Positions 1 to 10,496 are shown, counted from the stretch's first letter. The stretch is 64,000 bases of DNA from Granulosicoccaceae bacterium (GCA_020629835.1 JAHDCO010000017.1:398-64397); one strand, 5' to 3'. Translations and numbers: made by a program. Notes: a model not told the origin generated them from the sequence alone.

Positions 1-1062
1 GGTTGCACGTGGGTACAAGTTCGCAGCCGGGTCGCAGTCGCGCTGTTCTTTGTGTGCACGGATGGCTTCGGCTAAATCGGTGTAGAGGTTTGCGAATGCC
101 AACGGCATACCTTCCGCGTGACCGATAGTCACACGAGACGCTCGATCAGCCTCGGGAGATAAATTCGCTTCACCGCGTTCGATAATCTGCAAGCGCTCGT
201 TTAATGGCATGTAATAGAGCTGGTTCGGCTGCTCCTGCGACCAGCGCAGGCCGCCGGTTTCACCAAACACCTGAATACCCAAACCGTGTTGACGACCGAT
301 GGCAATGGAAGATGTCCATAGCCTTCCCACAGCACCGCCGTCCATCCGAAAATTCACCATGGCATCATCTTCCAGCACACGTGATTCGATGCACGAAACC
401 GTATCTGCAGACAGCTTGGTTACCTCTTGACCGGTAACAAAACTTGCCATGTGCAAGGCGTGGATTCCGCAGTCGGCGAACTGAGCTGACACGCCGGCTT
501 GGGTCGGGTCGTATCGCCAACGCACACGCGGGTTATCTGCATCAGCGGCGTCAGCATGGTGACCGTGCGCAAATTCAGCGTTAACCAAACGGACTTTTCC
601 GATATCGCCGCGTGCGATCATCGCGCGCATATGACGAACTAATGCGTAGCCACTGTAGCCGTAGTTAACCGCGCACAAGCGATCCATTTTTTTCGCCGTA
701 CGCACAATGTCCTCACCTTCTTCGACGGTAAATGTCATGGGCTTTTCACACATAACGTGAAAACCGGCTTCCAAAAACGCCTTGGTGATTTCATAGTGAG
801 TGGCGTTGGGTGTGGCAACCGTAACAAGATCGATTCGATCCTCTCGCGCCGATTCCGCTGCCAGCATTTCTTTCCAATCACCGTACGCCCGATCGGCCGG
901 CACACCCAGACGTTGCGCGTATTCACGACCGGCTTCGGGTCGATGGTCTAACGCACCGGCACAAAATTCGAACAGGCCATCAACGCCGGCCGCCAAACGA
1001 TGTGCAGGTCCGATTTGACTGCCTTCACCGCCACCAATTAAACCCCAGGATAGCTTTGCCAT
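1..1062 (-). CDS. Gfo/Idh/MocA family oxidoreductase (inositol-cluster dehydrogenase), 3' end runs off the window
   Basis: Manual translation from ATG at 1062: MAKLSWGLIGGGEGSQIGPAHR...VATPNATH...HVMCEKP. Rossmann start and EKP motif; directly downstream of iolE. Not in the ORF track because it has no stop in the window. Confidence 0.88.
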   Translation of the reverse strand, partial: MAKLSWGLIGGGEGSQIGPAHRLAAGVDGLFEFCAGALDHRPEAGREYAQRLGVPADRAYGDWKEMLAAESAREDRIDLVTVATPNATHYEITKAFLEAGFHVMCEKPMTFTVEEGEDIVRTAKKMDRLCAVNYGYSGYALVRHMRAMIARGDIGKVRLVNAEFAHGHHADAADADNPRVRWRYDPTQAGVSAQFADCGIHALHMASFVTGQEVTKLSADTVSCIESRVLEDDAMVNFRMDGGAVGRLWTSSIAIGRQHGLGIQVFGETGGLRWSQEQPNQLYYMPLNERLQIIERGEANLSPEADRASRVTIGHAEGMPLAFANLYTDLAEAIRAHKEQRDCDPAANLYPRAT

Positions 1063-1074
1063 AATGAATACGCC

Positions 1075-1968
1075 TTAAGAGAAACCGATAGATTGCAGAT
1101 ACTCACGATTCACAATCGCATCGCGCAGTGGGTCTGGATCAAGAGTTGGGTCACAGTCTTGTTCTATCGTGCACCACCCGGAAAAATCGGTATCCAACAA
1201 CAACTGCCGAACCGCAGGAAAGTCCACTTCACCCTGATCAAGGTTGCAAAAAATGCCTTGACCACACGCATCATAGAATCCGGTTCGATTTTTTATCGCC
1301 GCGGCCTTTACTGCGGCATCGGTACTCTTGAAATGTACATAAGTTATGCGGCTACGATGGCGCTGCATAAACGCCACCGGGTCAAAGCCTGCGTAGGTGC
1401 AATGCCCGGTATCAATGCAGATCTTCAGTAAATCCTCATCCACGGCATCCAGAAGTTTTTCAACTTCAGGTTCGAAGTCCATAAAACCGCCAGCGTGCGG
1501 ATGGATTTCAGACACCAGACCGTACTCATCCCGGCTGATGGTGGCGATGGTTTTAATGCGCTCAACATAAGCGTTCCACTGTGAGTCGTCCATCTGCACG
1601 GCTTCATCGGGCCTGCCGGCGGTAGGCGCGCGTGCCGGGGCGATGGAGTCAATGAGTACCAGGTGCTTTGCGCCGTGGGCGTTCAGCGCCGCACAGGTTC
1701 GGTGTGTGCCGTCCAATACATCATCCCAGGCGTCGGGGTCATGGAAGGGCCGAAAGACCACTCCGCCAATCAGCTCCAGGCTGTGCTCTGCTAACGCCGG
1801 TCCCAAAACATCAGGGTCTTCGGGCATGAATCCGACGGGGCCTAACTCAATACCCGAGTAGCCAGCTTTCGCACAATCACTCAACACCGATTGCCACGTC
1901 GGGTTGCGAGCATCGTTGGCGAATTCAACGCCCCAGGAGCAGGGCGCGTTGCCAATTTTTATAGACAT
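1075..1968 (-). CDS. iolE: myo-inosose-2 dehydratase-like TIM-barrel protein (AP endonuclease 2/xylose isomerase-like)
   Basis: GNAPCSWGVEF N-terminus, HPHAGG, DTGH, HFK and EQD metal motifs; iol cluster context. Confidence 0.8.
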   Translation of the reverse strand: MSIKIGNAPCSWGVEFANDARNPTWQSVLSDCAKAGYSGIELGPVGFMPEDPDVLGPALAEHSLELIGGVVFRPFHDPDAWDDVLDGTHRTCAALNAHGAKHLVLIDSIAPARAPTAGRPDEAVQMDDSQWNAYVERIKTIATISRDEYGLVSEIHPHAGGFMDFEPEVEKLLDAVDEDLLKICIDTGHCTYAGFDPVAFMQRHRSRITYVHFKSTDAAVKAAAIKNRTGFYDACGQGIFCNLDQGEVDFPAVRQLLLDTDFSGWCTIEQDCDPTLDPDPLRDAIVNREYLQSIGFS

Positions 1969-2012
1969 GAGGAAGTTCCTATCAAGCGGATGTACGGCAG
2001 GGTTCGGCGCTT

Positions 2013-2026
2013 TGCAACCGGTTGCA
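2013..2026. promoter_or_regulatory. LacI-family operator-like palindrome TGCAACCGGTTGCA
   Basis: Perfect 14-bp palindrome with central CG in the 116-bp divergent iolE/iolD spacer; fits the LacI-type TGNAANCGNTTNCA pattern. Confidence 0.6.
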
Positions 2027-2084
2027 TTTCATTGTATCCTCGTGTGCTTTTCAGCGTCAACACACAACTGCGGCAGACCGATAC

Positions 2085-3959
2085 ATGAGTGAAAGTGAAA
2101 ACACCTTAACGTTGACCACCGCACAAGCCATTGTTCGCTGGATGGCCAACCAGTTCATAGAAATCGACGGCGAAACCGTACGTGTTTTTGGTGGGGGTTT
2201 TGGCATCTTTGGTCACGGCAACGTGCCGTGTCTTGGCGAAGCACTCTACGATCACAAAGAGCAGCTTCCGTTGTACCGCGGGCAGAATGAGCAGAGCATG
2301 GGCTTTGCTGCTGCCGGGTATGCAAAGTTTCACAAGCGCCAGCGCATGATGTTCTGCACGGCATCGGCGGGGCCGGGTACCGCTAATTTACTCACGGCTT
2401 CAGCGCTCGCGCATGCGAACCGCTTACCCATGCTGATGTTATGCGGCGATACGTTCCTGACTCGGTTGCCTGATCCGGTGTTACAGCAGCTTGAGCATTT
2501 TAATGACCCCACCCTGGGCGTGAACGATGCGTTTCGTTCAGTCACCCGTTATTGGGACCGAATAACCCATCCGGCTCAAGTGATTCAATCGCTACCGAAT
2601 GCGTTGGCGACCCTGTTGGATCCAGCGGACTGCGGGCCTGCGTTTATTGGTTTACCTCAAGACGTGCAAGGGTGGTCATACGACTACCCGGCAAAATTTT
2701 TCGAAAAGCGCGTGCACCGCATTCGTCGGCAGCCGGTGGACACTAACGAATTGGCAGCAGGGGTTGAAGCGTTGCTGGCAGCCAAGCGACCGGTGTTAAT
2801 TGCCGGTGGTGGCATCCAGTATTCCCACGCCGTCGATGCGCTAAACGCGTTTGCAGAAGCGCACAATATTCCAGTGGTGGAAACCATCGCCGGGCGTGCC
2901 AACTTAACGGCCGATCAGGCATACAACATTGGCCCCTTAGGAGTCACCGGTTCCAATTCTGCCAATGCCATTGCTAAACAAGCTGACTGCGTATTCGCGG
3001 TAGGTACTCGCCTGCAGGATTTCACCACCGGCTCATGGACAGCGTTTGATCATGATGCGCAGTTGGTGAGCTTAAATGTGGGGCGTCACGATGCGCAAAA
3101 GCACGGTGCTGTGTGTCTCGTGGGTGATGCACGACTAGGCTTAGAGGCTCTTAGTGAGGCCTTGAGTAATCACCGGGCGGCAGATGAATGGATGAATAAG
3201 GCAAAAGCTGAACGAAAGGCGTGGGACGATTACGTGGCGGAGAACACCGCTCATGGTGGTAACAAACCGAACAGCTACGCTCAGGCGATTGGCGTTGTTA
3301 ATGATTTAGTTGATGCGCGAGATCGTGTCGTGGCTGCTGCCGGGGGATTACCTGCCGAAGTAACGGCCAATTGGAAAACGCGGTCTGTGGGCACCGTGGA
3401 TGTTGAGTTTGGTTTTTCCTGCATGGGCTATGAAATATCCGGTGCCTGGGGTGCGCGTATTGCCCAATGTGAACAAGAGGCTGAGCAGGATACGGTGGTA
3501 TTCATTGGCGATGGCTCGTATCTGATGATGAATTCAGATATTTATTCCGCTGTGCTCAGTGAAAAGAAACTCATCATCTGCGTGCTGGATAATGGAGGCT
3601 TTGCGGTCATCAATAAGCTGCAAAACAATACCGGCAATGAAAGTTTTAATAACCTGATTGCTGATTGCCCCACCATAGGAAAACCCATGGCGGTGAATTT
3701 TGAGCAACACGCAGCGGCGATGGGGGCTCACGCAGAAACGGTAGCCAACCCGGCTGAATTAGGTGAAGCGTTTGAACGGGCAAAAGCACGTCCGGAAACC
3801 TCAGTCATTGTTATGCAGGTAGATCCTTATGAGGGCTGGACGGCAGAAGGGCACACCTGGTGGGAGGTGGGTACACCCTCTGTGAGTGAACATGCGTCGG
3901 TGCGAGAAGCCCACAAAGACTGGGAATCGTCACGCCCCGAACAACGAAAGGGTGTGTGA
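2085..3959 (+). CDS. iolD: 3D-(3,5/4)-trihydroxycyclohexane-1,2-dione acylhydrolase (TPP-dependent)
   Basis: LTTAQAIVRW, GIFGHGNV, QNEQSM, GFSCMGYEI and GDGSYLM TPP motif. ATG 2085 preferred over the ORF-track start 2022. Confidence 0.95.
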   Translation: MSESENTLTLTTAQAIVRWMANQFIEIDGETVRVFGGGFGIFGHGNVPCLGEALYDHKEQLPLYRGQNEQSMGFAAAGYAKFHKRQRMMFCTASAGPGTANLLTASALAHANRLPMLMLCGDTFLTRLPDPVLQQLEHFNDPTLGVNDAFRSVTRYWDRITHPAQVIQSLPNALATLLDPADCGPAFIGLPQDVQGWSYDYPAKFFEKRVHRIRRQPVDTNELAAGVEALLAAKRPVLIAGGGIQYSHAVDALNAFAEAHNIPVVETIAGRANLTADQAYNIGPLGVTGSNSANAIAKQADCVFAVGTRLQDFTTGSWTAFDHDAQLVSLNVGRHDAQKHGAVCLVGDARLGLEALSEALSNHRAADEWMNKAKAERKAWDDYVAENTAHGGNKPNSYAQAIGVVNDLVDARDRVVAAAGGLPAEVTANWKTRSVGTVDVEFGFSCMGYEISGAWGARIAQCEQEAEQDTVVFIGDGSYLMMNSDIYSAVLSEKKLIICVLDNGGFAVINKLQNNTGNESFNNLIADCPTIGKPMAVNFEQHAAAMGAHAETVANPAELGEAFERAKARPETSVIVMQVDPYEGWTAEGHTWWEVGTPSVSEHASVREAHKDWESSRPEQRKGV

Positions 3960-4948
3960 ATACCATGATCGACACCAGCCAGCTATTTCAAAAACCGTTT
4001 GTTTGCATTGGCAGGGCTGGTATGGATTTTTATCCCGACCCACCCGGAACCAAGACAGAGCACGCGACGCAGTTCTTCTCGTGTCTAGGTGGCAGTTCGG
4101 CAAATATTTGTGTAGCGATAAATAAGCTCGGTGGAGAAACCGCATTGGTGACGGCGGTGTCGGACGATGCCATTGGCCGCTTTTGTTTAAACGAGTTAGA
4201 CCGATACGGCATCGATCGCACTCACGTTAAGTCGGTGGGTGGGGAATTTCGAAATTCGTTGGCGGTGGTAGAGAGCCGCATAGAGGATCATCAATCGGTT
4301 ATCTATCGCAACGGCGCGGCAGACTTTCAGATGGATTTGGACGACATCAACGCCATTGAGTTTTCAAACTACAGTGCCTTGATTTCCACGGGTACCGTGC
4401 TGGCCGCAGAACCCTCACGTACGGCTACCTTTAAAGCGTTTGAGTTAGCGCAAGCGGCTGGGTTGCCGTTGATCTTTGATTTGGATTACCGACCCTACAG
4501 CTGGCCGTCGGCCGAAGACGCAGCGTCCACCTATTCACGAGCAGGCAGGGCGTGCGACATCATTATCGGCAATGATGTGGAATTTGGTTTTATGGCCGGG
4601 GCCTACGAGGAAGGGTTAAATAAAGCGCGAGAATTAGCCGCCCGGGATGCCAGTATCGTGGTGTACAAAATGGGCGAAAAAGGCGCGATTACCTTAAGTG
4701 GTGGTGAAGAAATTCATACGGGCATTTTCCCGGTCGAAGCGCTCAAGCCAACCGGTGCAGGCGATAGTTTCATGGGCGGTTTTATTGCGTCTTTAGCCGC
4801 AGGTTATGATTTAAAAGATGCGGTTTTACGCGGTTCAGCGTGTGCGGCTATTGTCGTAGCGCGGGTTGGGTGTTCGGTGGCCATGCCCACCACAGAAGAA
4901 CTCAGCGCGTTTCTGGCTGATCATCCCGGACCCACAGAAGGGGCATAA
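3956..4948 (+). CDS. iolC: 5-dehydro-2-deoxygluconokinase (PfkB family)
   Basis: GRAGMDFY, GGSSANI, DLDYRPYSW and PTGAGDSF; GTGA overlap with the iolD stop. Confidence 0.93.
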   Translation: MNTMIDTSQLFQKPFVCIGRAGMDFYPDPPGTKTEHATQFFSCLGGSSANICVAINKLGGETALVTAVSDDAIGRFCLNELDRYGIDRTHVKSVGGEFRNSLAVVESRIEDHQSVIYRNGAADFQMDLDDINAIEFSNYSALISTGTVLAAEPSRTATFKAFELAQAAGLPLIFDLDYRPYSWPSAEDAASTYSRAGRACDIIIGNDVEFGFMAGAYEEGLNKARELAARDASIVVYKMGEKGAITLSGGEEIHTGIFPVEALKPTGAGDSFMGGFIASLAAGYDLKDAVLRGSACAAIVVARVGCSVAMPTTEELSAFLADHPGPTEGA

Positions 4949-4995
4949 TCGCGTGTCGCTACATTTCACGTTTACATCGTTTACCAGGAAAATCC

Positions 4996-5838
4996 ATGCA
5001 TATCGCACCGTATAACAATCAAAACAAACCTATCGTAGACGTGGATAACCCAACAGTTCCGCTGAACTACTTCAACATCGTAAAGTTGAAAAAGGGTGAA
5101 GCGTTCGAATACCAGGTGCCTGGCTACGAAACCTGTATCGTGCCTGCTACCGGGTCAGTCGATGTTGAGGTGGAAGGAGAAACCTACACAGCATTAGGCG
5201 GGCGTGGAGAAGATGTATGGGACGGTGAGCCGGAAGGCGTTTACGTACCCGTTGGCGCTAAAGTGATCGTGTCGTGTGTGTCTGAGGCAACCGAAACGTT
5301 TATCGCGGGCGCGAGATACGACAAAGTACTCGCACCATTTGATGTACGTGCTGATCAACTGGATTTAGTGCAGTACGGTTCTGACGACACCAAAACGCAT
5401 CGAAAAATTAAGCATATTCTTGGTCAGAAGCATCACGACAAAGTCGGCCGACTCTTAGTGAGTGAATTGTTTACCGTAGGCCAGGGCGGATGGTCTGGAT
5501 TTCCATCACACAAACACGATACCGACCGACTGCCTGATGAAACGCGTCACGATGAAACCTATAACTTTCGCTTCAAACCTAACCACGGTTCAGGCGTGCA
5601 AATGCTGCAACGCGAAGACAACCTTCCCGGTGATGCTTACCATATCGTCGATGGTTCAACCATCTGTTTAGACAACGGCTATCACCCGTGCGCCGTGTTA
5701 CCCGGCTATGAGATGTACTACTTCACTATCCTGGGCGGTCTGAGCCAACGCTCATTGGTGCAATACTTCCAGCCCACACACGCCTATCAAATCGAAACCA
5801 TCCCGGGCATCAAAGACATGATTGCGAAGTTTAAATAA
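4996..5838 (+). CDS. iolB: 5-deoxy-glucuronate isomerase
   Basis: GGWSGFPSHKHD, HDETY, GYHP and YYFTILGG motifs of IolB/KduI. Confidence 0.93.
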   Translation: MHIAPYNNQNKPIVDVDNPTVPLNYFNIVKLKKGEAFEYQVPGYETCIVPATGSVDVEVEGETYTALGGRGEDVWDGEPEGVYVPVGAKVIVSCVSEATETFIAGARYDKVLAPFDVRADQLDLVQYGSDDTKTHRKIKHILGQKHHDKVGRLLVSELFTVGQGGWSGFPSHKHDTDRLPDETRHDETYNFRFKPNHGSGVQMLQREDNLPGDAYHIVDGSTICLDNGYHPCAVLPGYEMYYFTILGGLSQRSLVQYFQPTHAYQIETIPGIKDMIAKFK

Positions 5839-6662
5839 TGCCATTAGTCACGCTTGCCGAAGTACTGCAACCCGCATTGAAAAACGGTAGCGCTGTGGCC
5901 GGGTTGGTCACACTGGGCTGGGAAGATATGCGTGCGTATGTGGCGGCTGCAGAAGCTGAAAACGTTCCCGTTATTCTGCAAGCTGGTCCGGGTTGTCGTG
6001 AGCATACGCCGTTACCGGTGCTGGGTGCCATGTTCAGACACTTGGCAGACGCGGCATCGGTACCCGTGGTTGCACACCTTGATCATGGGTATACCCTTGA
6101 AGAGTGCCGAATTGCCATCGATAGTGGGTTCTCTTCGGTTATGTACGACGGCTCGCGTAAAGCATTAGCGCAAAACATCGACGAGACAGCCGAAATCGCC
6201 GCGATGGCGCACAACGCGGGTGTGTCCTGTGAAGGTGAGATCGGCTTTGTTGGTTATGACGGTGGAGAAGCGTCAGCGGGCACCGACCCAGAAGAAGCGC
6301 AACAGTTTGCCGCGGCAACCGCAGTCGATGCCATGGCGATATCTGTCGGCAACGTTCACTTGCAGCAGCAGTCAGCGAGTGAACTTGATGAGCAGCGCAT
6401 ACAAGCCATATCAGAGCTTACGTCAGTACCCCTGGTCATTCATGGCGGTTCGGGCGTGTCCCGTGTTCAACGCACGCATTTGGCGCGCAGCAGTGCGGTC
6501 TGCAAATTTAATATTGGTACCGAACTGCGTATGGCGTTCGGCAAAGCGCTAAGAGAAGCGGTTAACCAAGACGACACTGTGTTTGATCGCGTTGCATTGC
6601 TCAAGCAAACGCATGATCCATTGGTTATCGCAACACGCTCTGTGTTAAGTGGCTTGCGCTAG
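5838..6662 (+). CDS. iolJ: class II fructose-bisphosphate aldolase family protein (IolJ-like)
   Basis: HLDHG, SVMYDGS, EGEIG, GNVH, LVIHGGSG and KFNIGTE; last gene of the iol operon. Confidence 0.78.
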   Translation: MPLVTLAEVLQPALKNGSAVAGLVTLGWEDMRAYVAAAEAENVPVILQAGPGCREHTPLPVLGAMFRHLADAASVPVVAHLDHGYTLEECRIAIDSGFSSVMYDGSRKALAQNIDETAEIAAMAHNAGVSCEGEIGFVGYDGGEASAGTDPEEAQQFAAATAVDAMAISVGNVHLQQQSASELDEQRIQAISELTSVPLVIHGGSGVSRVQRTHLARSSAVCKFNIGTELRMAFGKALREAVNQDDTVFDRVALLKQTHDPLVIATRSVLSGLR

Positions 6663-6966
6663 TTAGTGAGTGTCAGGTTAACGAGCAAGCGCTTTTTAAA
6701 CGTTTGGTAATGTTTGCACGACATATCGTGTAAAACCTATCAACACGTCGTTAATCCTGCGATATAAAACCGGTTTTGTCGGATCTCTAACCGATGTTTG
6801 TTCGTGTGCAAGCTTAATGGCTAATTAGTCACGCACGCTGCGGCGACGCTTTGACGCACCAAAAAAAAGCACTGTTTTACCGAAACACTTGTTAACGAAG
6901 ATAATTCACAAAGTGTGCGGTATACCCTCCACACTACAAGTCCCTACATTTTTTTTAAGCAGATTC

Positions 6967-7791
6967 ATGACTACAAGCCCCAGAAAAATTGCGATGCGCA
7001 CCATCGCAGCGACCACGATCGGTATGGCCGCCTTATCTTTTTCATCGGTATCTATGGCCGACGGTCACGCATCCAGTATGCTCGAAGGCTGGCGTGGTAC
7101 GGCTACCTTAGGTGCCAACACGTCAACGGGTAACTCTGAAACCAGTAACATCAACGGTTCGATCCGTTTGGGTAAAACCGTTAACCGTTGGGAACACCTG
7201 GTGTTCGGTACGGTTTTCAAAGGCAAATCAGCGATCATCGTGACCGAAGAAGACGCTAACGGTCAGCCTGTAAGTCGTATCGTACGTGGTGATAACTCAA
7301 ACCGAATTGCGTTGGGCTATCAGCCAAAGTACTACTACAACGATCGCACGTACTTCTTCGGTATCCTCGACTGGGAACAAGACAAGCCAGCTAACATCGA
7401 TCAGGGCACGCGCCAGATCATCGGTGTGGGTCACCGCTTTTTCTCTGATGCCACAGGTTACTTAAGTGCTGAAGTGGGTATCGGTAACAAAAACACAACG
7501 GTTGTAACTGGCGACGACATCGCTGGCGGTATTGGTTACTTAGGTGTTAACTACTTAAACCGTTTCAACGAAAACACCACTTTCACCGCTGACCTTCGCA
7601 GTGACTTTGGCAGCGACAACACCTTTGTTGAGTTTGGCTTGGGTTTAGGTTTTCGCGTATCAGACAACATGTCTTTCAAGATCTCGCACTTCTCACGTAA
7701 CAACAGTGACCTGTCGTCAGGTGAAATCGCTAATCCGCTGTCTTCGAGCAGCGACAGCGTGACTAACTTTGCGTTAGTTGTTGATATCTAA
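6967..7791 (+). CDS. DUF481/YdiY-type outer-membrane beta-barrel protein
   Basis: Signal peptide, then GTATLGANTSTGNSETSNING, alternating beta-strand pattern and hydrophobic C-terminus. Start may be ATG 6967 or 6994. Confidence 0.75.
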   Translation: MTTSPRKIAMRTIAATTIGMAALSFSSVSMADGHASSMLEGWRGTATLGANTSTGNSETSNINGSIRLGKTVNRWEHLVFGTVFKGKSAIIVTEEDANGQPVSRIVRGDNSNRIALGYQPKYYYNDRTYFFGILDWEQDKPANIDQGTRQIIGVGHRFFSDATGYLSAEVGIGNKNTTVVTGDDIAGGIGYLGVNYLNRFNENTTFTADLRSDFGSDNTFVEFGLGLGFRVSDNMSFKISHFSRNNSDLSSGEIANPLSSSSDSVTNFALVVDI

Positions 7792-7862
7792 GCCTGTTCA
7801 CACTCGATGCCTTCAGATTATCTGAAGGCTCGTTCCGTGTTAGGTAAGAACCCTTCGGGTTC

Positions 7863-7902
7863 AAAAAAAAAGCGCCGAGAATAAATCTTCGGCGCTTTTT
7901 TT
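7863..7902. terminator. bidirectional intrinsic terminator
   Basis: A9-GCGCCGA-loop-TCGGCGC-T7 between convergent genes. Confidence 0.85.
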
Positions 7903-7928
7903 ATGGCGGTAACTATTCCCGTTACCGT

Positions 7929-10496
7929 CTAGCTTTTCGGCTTTGCGTTCTCAGGATCGTACAGCGGTTGATAACCTACGCCTGCTACCGTCACGGGATA
8001 CTGTTCACCGTCGTATTCAATCGAGAATTGATTACCCAGGATAGCGTGGTGTTCGGGTAAATAGCCCAGCGCGATGTTCTTACCAACGGTGGGGCCGTAC
8101 GCAATACTGGTGGTGTATGAACGTCGGCCCTTTGCATCCACTAACACCTCGCCGGTGTTCGCATCCATGATGGGGCAGGTATCAACGGGGTAACGGGCGA
8201 TGCCATTACTATCCACGTTGTGCTCCATAACGAAGGTGCATAACTTAGCCACTTGTTTGGGTAGTTCGCGTGCGGCCAGGTAAGCCGCTTTGCCGTGGAA
8301 GTCTGCCGCTTTAACCTTCGGTCGAGCTAAATCAGCTTCCAGCAAGTTGTATTCAGTGAGTAAGTCTGCGTTTTGCAAACGCAGGCTTTTCTCCAAACGT
8401 CGACTGTTGGCATAGGTTTCCACACCGATAGGTGTTACACCGAGCCCCGCCAAGGCATCCCAAACGGCTAATCCATCGTCGTAGGCAAAGTGCAATTCCC
8501 AGCCTTGTTCACCGACGTAGCTGATTCGAAACGCGTGTACGGTCTTACCCGCTATTTGAATGTTTTTAACCGTTACGAACGGAAAGTTCTCATGAGAGAG
8601 TGACTCTGGATCATCCACCAATTGCGCAAGCGTGGTGCGGGCGTTTGGTCCCCACAAACCAAGGCAGGCAAAGTCGGTTGTTCTGTCCGTAAGTTCAACG
8701 TTGTTAAACCCAAGGTCAGATGCCTGGCGTTGCATCCAAACAAAATCGCGATTACCCGCATCGCCGCCGTCCATCACTCGGTAGTGATCTTCGGCAATGC
8801 GAATGACCGTTAAGTCGGCCCGAACACCGCCATCGTGATCCAGAAAGTGTGTGTAAATACCTTTGCCTAAGGCTGTATCTCCACCGACCTTAGCAACACA
8901 CAAGTACTCCATCAGTGCTTCCGCATCCGGACCTTTGGCATCGTAAATCGCAAAGTGCGATAGGTTCACCATGCCAACGTCTTCAGATAACTTAAGGTGC
9001 TCAGCATTCGACACACGCCAGAAGTGCCGGTTATCCCATTCATGTTCTCTAACCGGTACTCGATCGCCGTACGTATCCAGTAAGTGTTCGTTACTGGCGT
9101 ACCCGTGGGCACGTTCCCAACCGGCAGCTTCCATAAAGTATCCGCCCAGCGCGACTTCACGTTCGTAGAACGGGCTTTTGCGTAAGCTTCTGCCTTTACT
9201 GTATGGCTCCCGGCTGTGTACGGCGGGGTTGTATATTTTGAATGCGGTTTCGTAGCAGCGATCGTGGATGTATTGTTCTTCTTGCTGAAACGGATAGTAA
9301 CGCGCGACATCGATGTGGCTGTGGTCCAGATCAGTCTTACCGTCAGTCATCCAATCAGCGATGAGCTTACCGGTGCCCGGGCCGTCTTTTACCCAAACCG
9401 ATACGGCGTACCACAACCCACGCACCTTGGCCGACTCACCAACCGACGGGCCACCGTCGGCGGTAACTTGCAGTAAGCCGTTGAACGATCGTTTTTCGTC
9501 GTAACCCAATTCGCCAAGAATCGGCGTCAGTTCCATTGCGCGTTCCAGCGGTTCGATGATTTGCTCCATCTCCAGATCTCTCTGGGAAGGAGATAACCGC
9601 GCTTCTTCTTTATCCAGAATGTCGCGAGGATGGCACAGCCGAGGCTCTTGCTCTTCGTAATAGCCCCATTCAATCATGCCGCCTTCGGTACTGGTCGGGT
9701 CACCGGTATCGCGTAAGTACGCTGAGTTGCCCTGGTCGCGCAGTAATGGCCAGCCGATGTCCTTACCGGTACCTGCAAATTCTTCGTAAGGGCCAAACCA
9801 TAGTAATGGGTGATCAACAGGCATAACCGGAAGATCTTCTCCTGCCATGTTGGCAACTAAACGACCCCAGAGACCTGCGCACACCACCACGTAATCCGCT
9901 TCGATGTGCCCTCGGGAGGTGGACACGCCAGTGATGCGACCATCGGTGATGGTTAAATCTGTCGCTTCGGTATTGGCAAAGACTTGCAGCTTTCCAGTTG
10001 CTACACATTCTTCAACCATTTCACCGGAGACCACTTGCGATCGAGGTACGACCAGTCCAGCATCCGGGTCCCACATCGCACCCTGGATAACGTCTTCTTC
10101 CAGCAGTGGAAATTTTTCTTTCGCTTCTGCAGCTGAAATCATGCGGGCGTTGGTGCCAAACGATTTACCCGACGCCACTTTGCGTCGCAGTTCGCCCATG
10201 CGTTCATCATCGCCCACACGAGCCACCTCTAAACCGCCAACCTGTGCGTAGCGGCCACGCTTTTTGAAGAACTCGATGCTGTACAGGGTGGTGTGGCAGG
10301 TCATATTGTCGTGCGCTGTGGCATAACAAAAGTCTGACGCGTGCGCGGTGGAGCCAACATCGGTTGGTATCGCGGACATATCGATGCCAACAATGTCATC
10401 CCAGCCGCGCTCAATCAGGTGATACGCCACCGACGCCCCAACGATTCCGCCTTGTCCAATAATGACCACGCGGGCTTTTGACGGCAAACTTGCCAT
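7929..10496 (-). CDS. FAD-dependent GcvT-family oxidoreductase (dimethylglycine/sarcosine dehydrogenase-oxidase type)
   Basis: N-terminal DAO domain (VVIIGQGGIVG), GWERA, RISYVGEQGWELH and RLEKSLRL; C-terminal aminomethyltransferase domain. Confidence 0.88.
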   Translation of the reverse strand: MASLPSKARVVIIGQGGIVGASVAYHLIERGWDDIVGIDMSAIPTDVGSTAHASDFCYATAHDNMTCHTTLYSIEFFKKRGRYAQVGGLEVARVGDDERMGELRRKVASGKSFGTNARMISAAEAKEKFPLLEEDVIQGAMWDPDAGLVVPRSQVVSGEMVEECVATGKLQVFANTEATDLTITDGRITGVSTSRGHIEADYVVVCAGLWGRLVANMAGEDLPVMPVDHPLLWFGPYEEFAGTGKDIGWPLLRDQGNSAYLRDTGDPTSTEGGMIEWGYYEEQEPRLCHPRDILDKEEARLSPSQRDLEMEQIIEPLERAMELTPILGELGYDEKRSFNGLLQVTADGGPSVGESAKVRGLWYAVSVWVKDGPGTGKLIADWMTDGKTDLDHSHIDVARYYPFQQEEQYIHDRCYETAFKIYNPAVHSREPYSKGRSLRKSPFYEREVALGGYFMEAAGWERAHGYASNEHLLDTYGDRVPVREHEWDNRHFWRVSNAEHLKLSEDVGMVNLSHFAIYDAKGPDAEALMEYLCVAKVGGDTALGKGIYTHFLDHDGGVRADLTVIRIAEDHYRVMDGGDAGNRDFVWMQRQASDLGFNNVELTDRTTDFACLGLWGPNARTTLAQLVDDPESLSHENFPFVTVKNIQIAGKTVHAFRISYVGEQGWELHFAYDDGLAVWDALAGLGVTPIGVETYANSRRLEKSLRLQNADLLTEYNLLEADLARPKVKAADFHGKAAYLAARELPKQVAKLCTFVMEHNVDSNGIARYPVDTCPIMDANTGEVLVDAKGRRSYTTSIAYGPTVGKNIALGYLPEHHAILGNQFSIEYDGEQYPVTVAGVGYQPLYDPENAKPKS

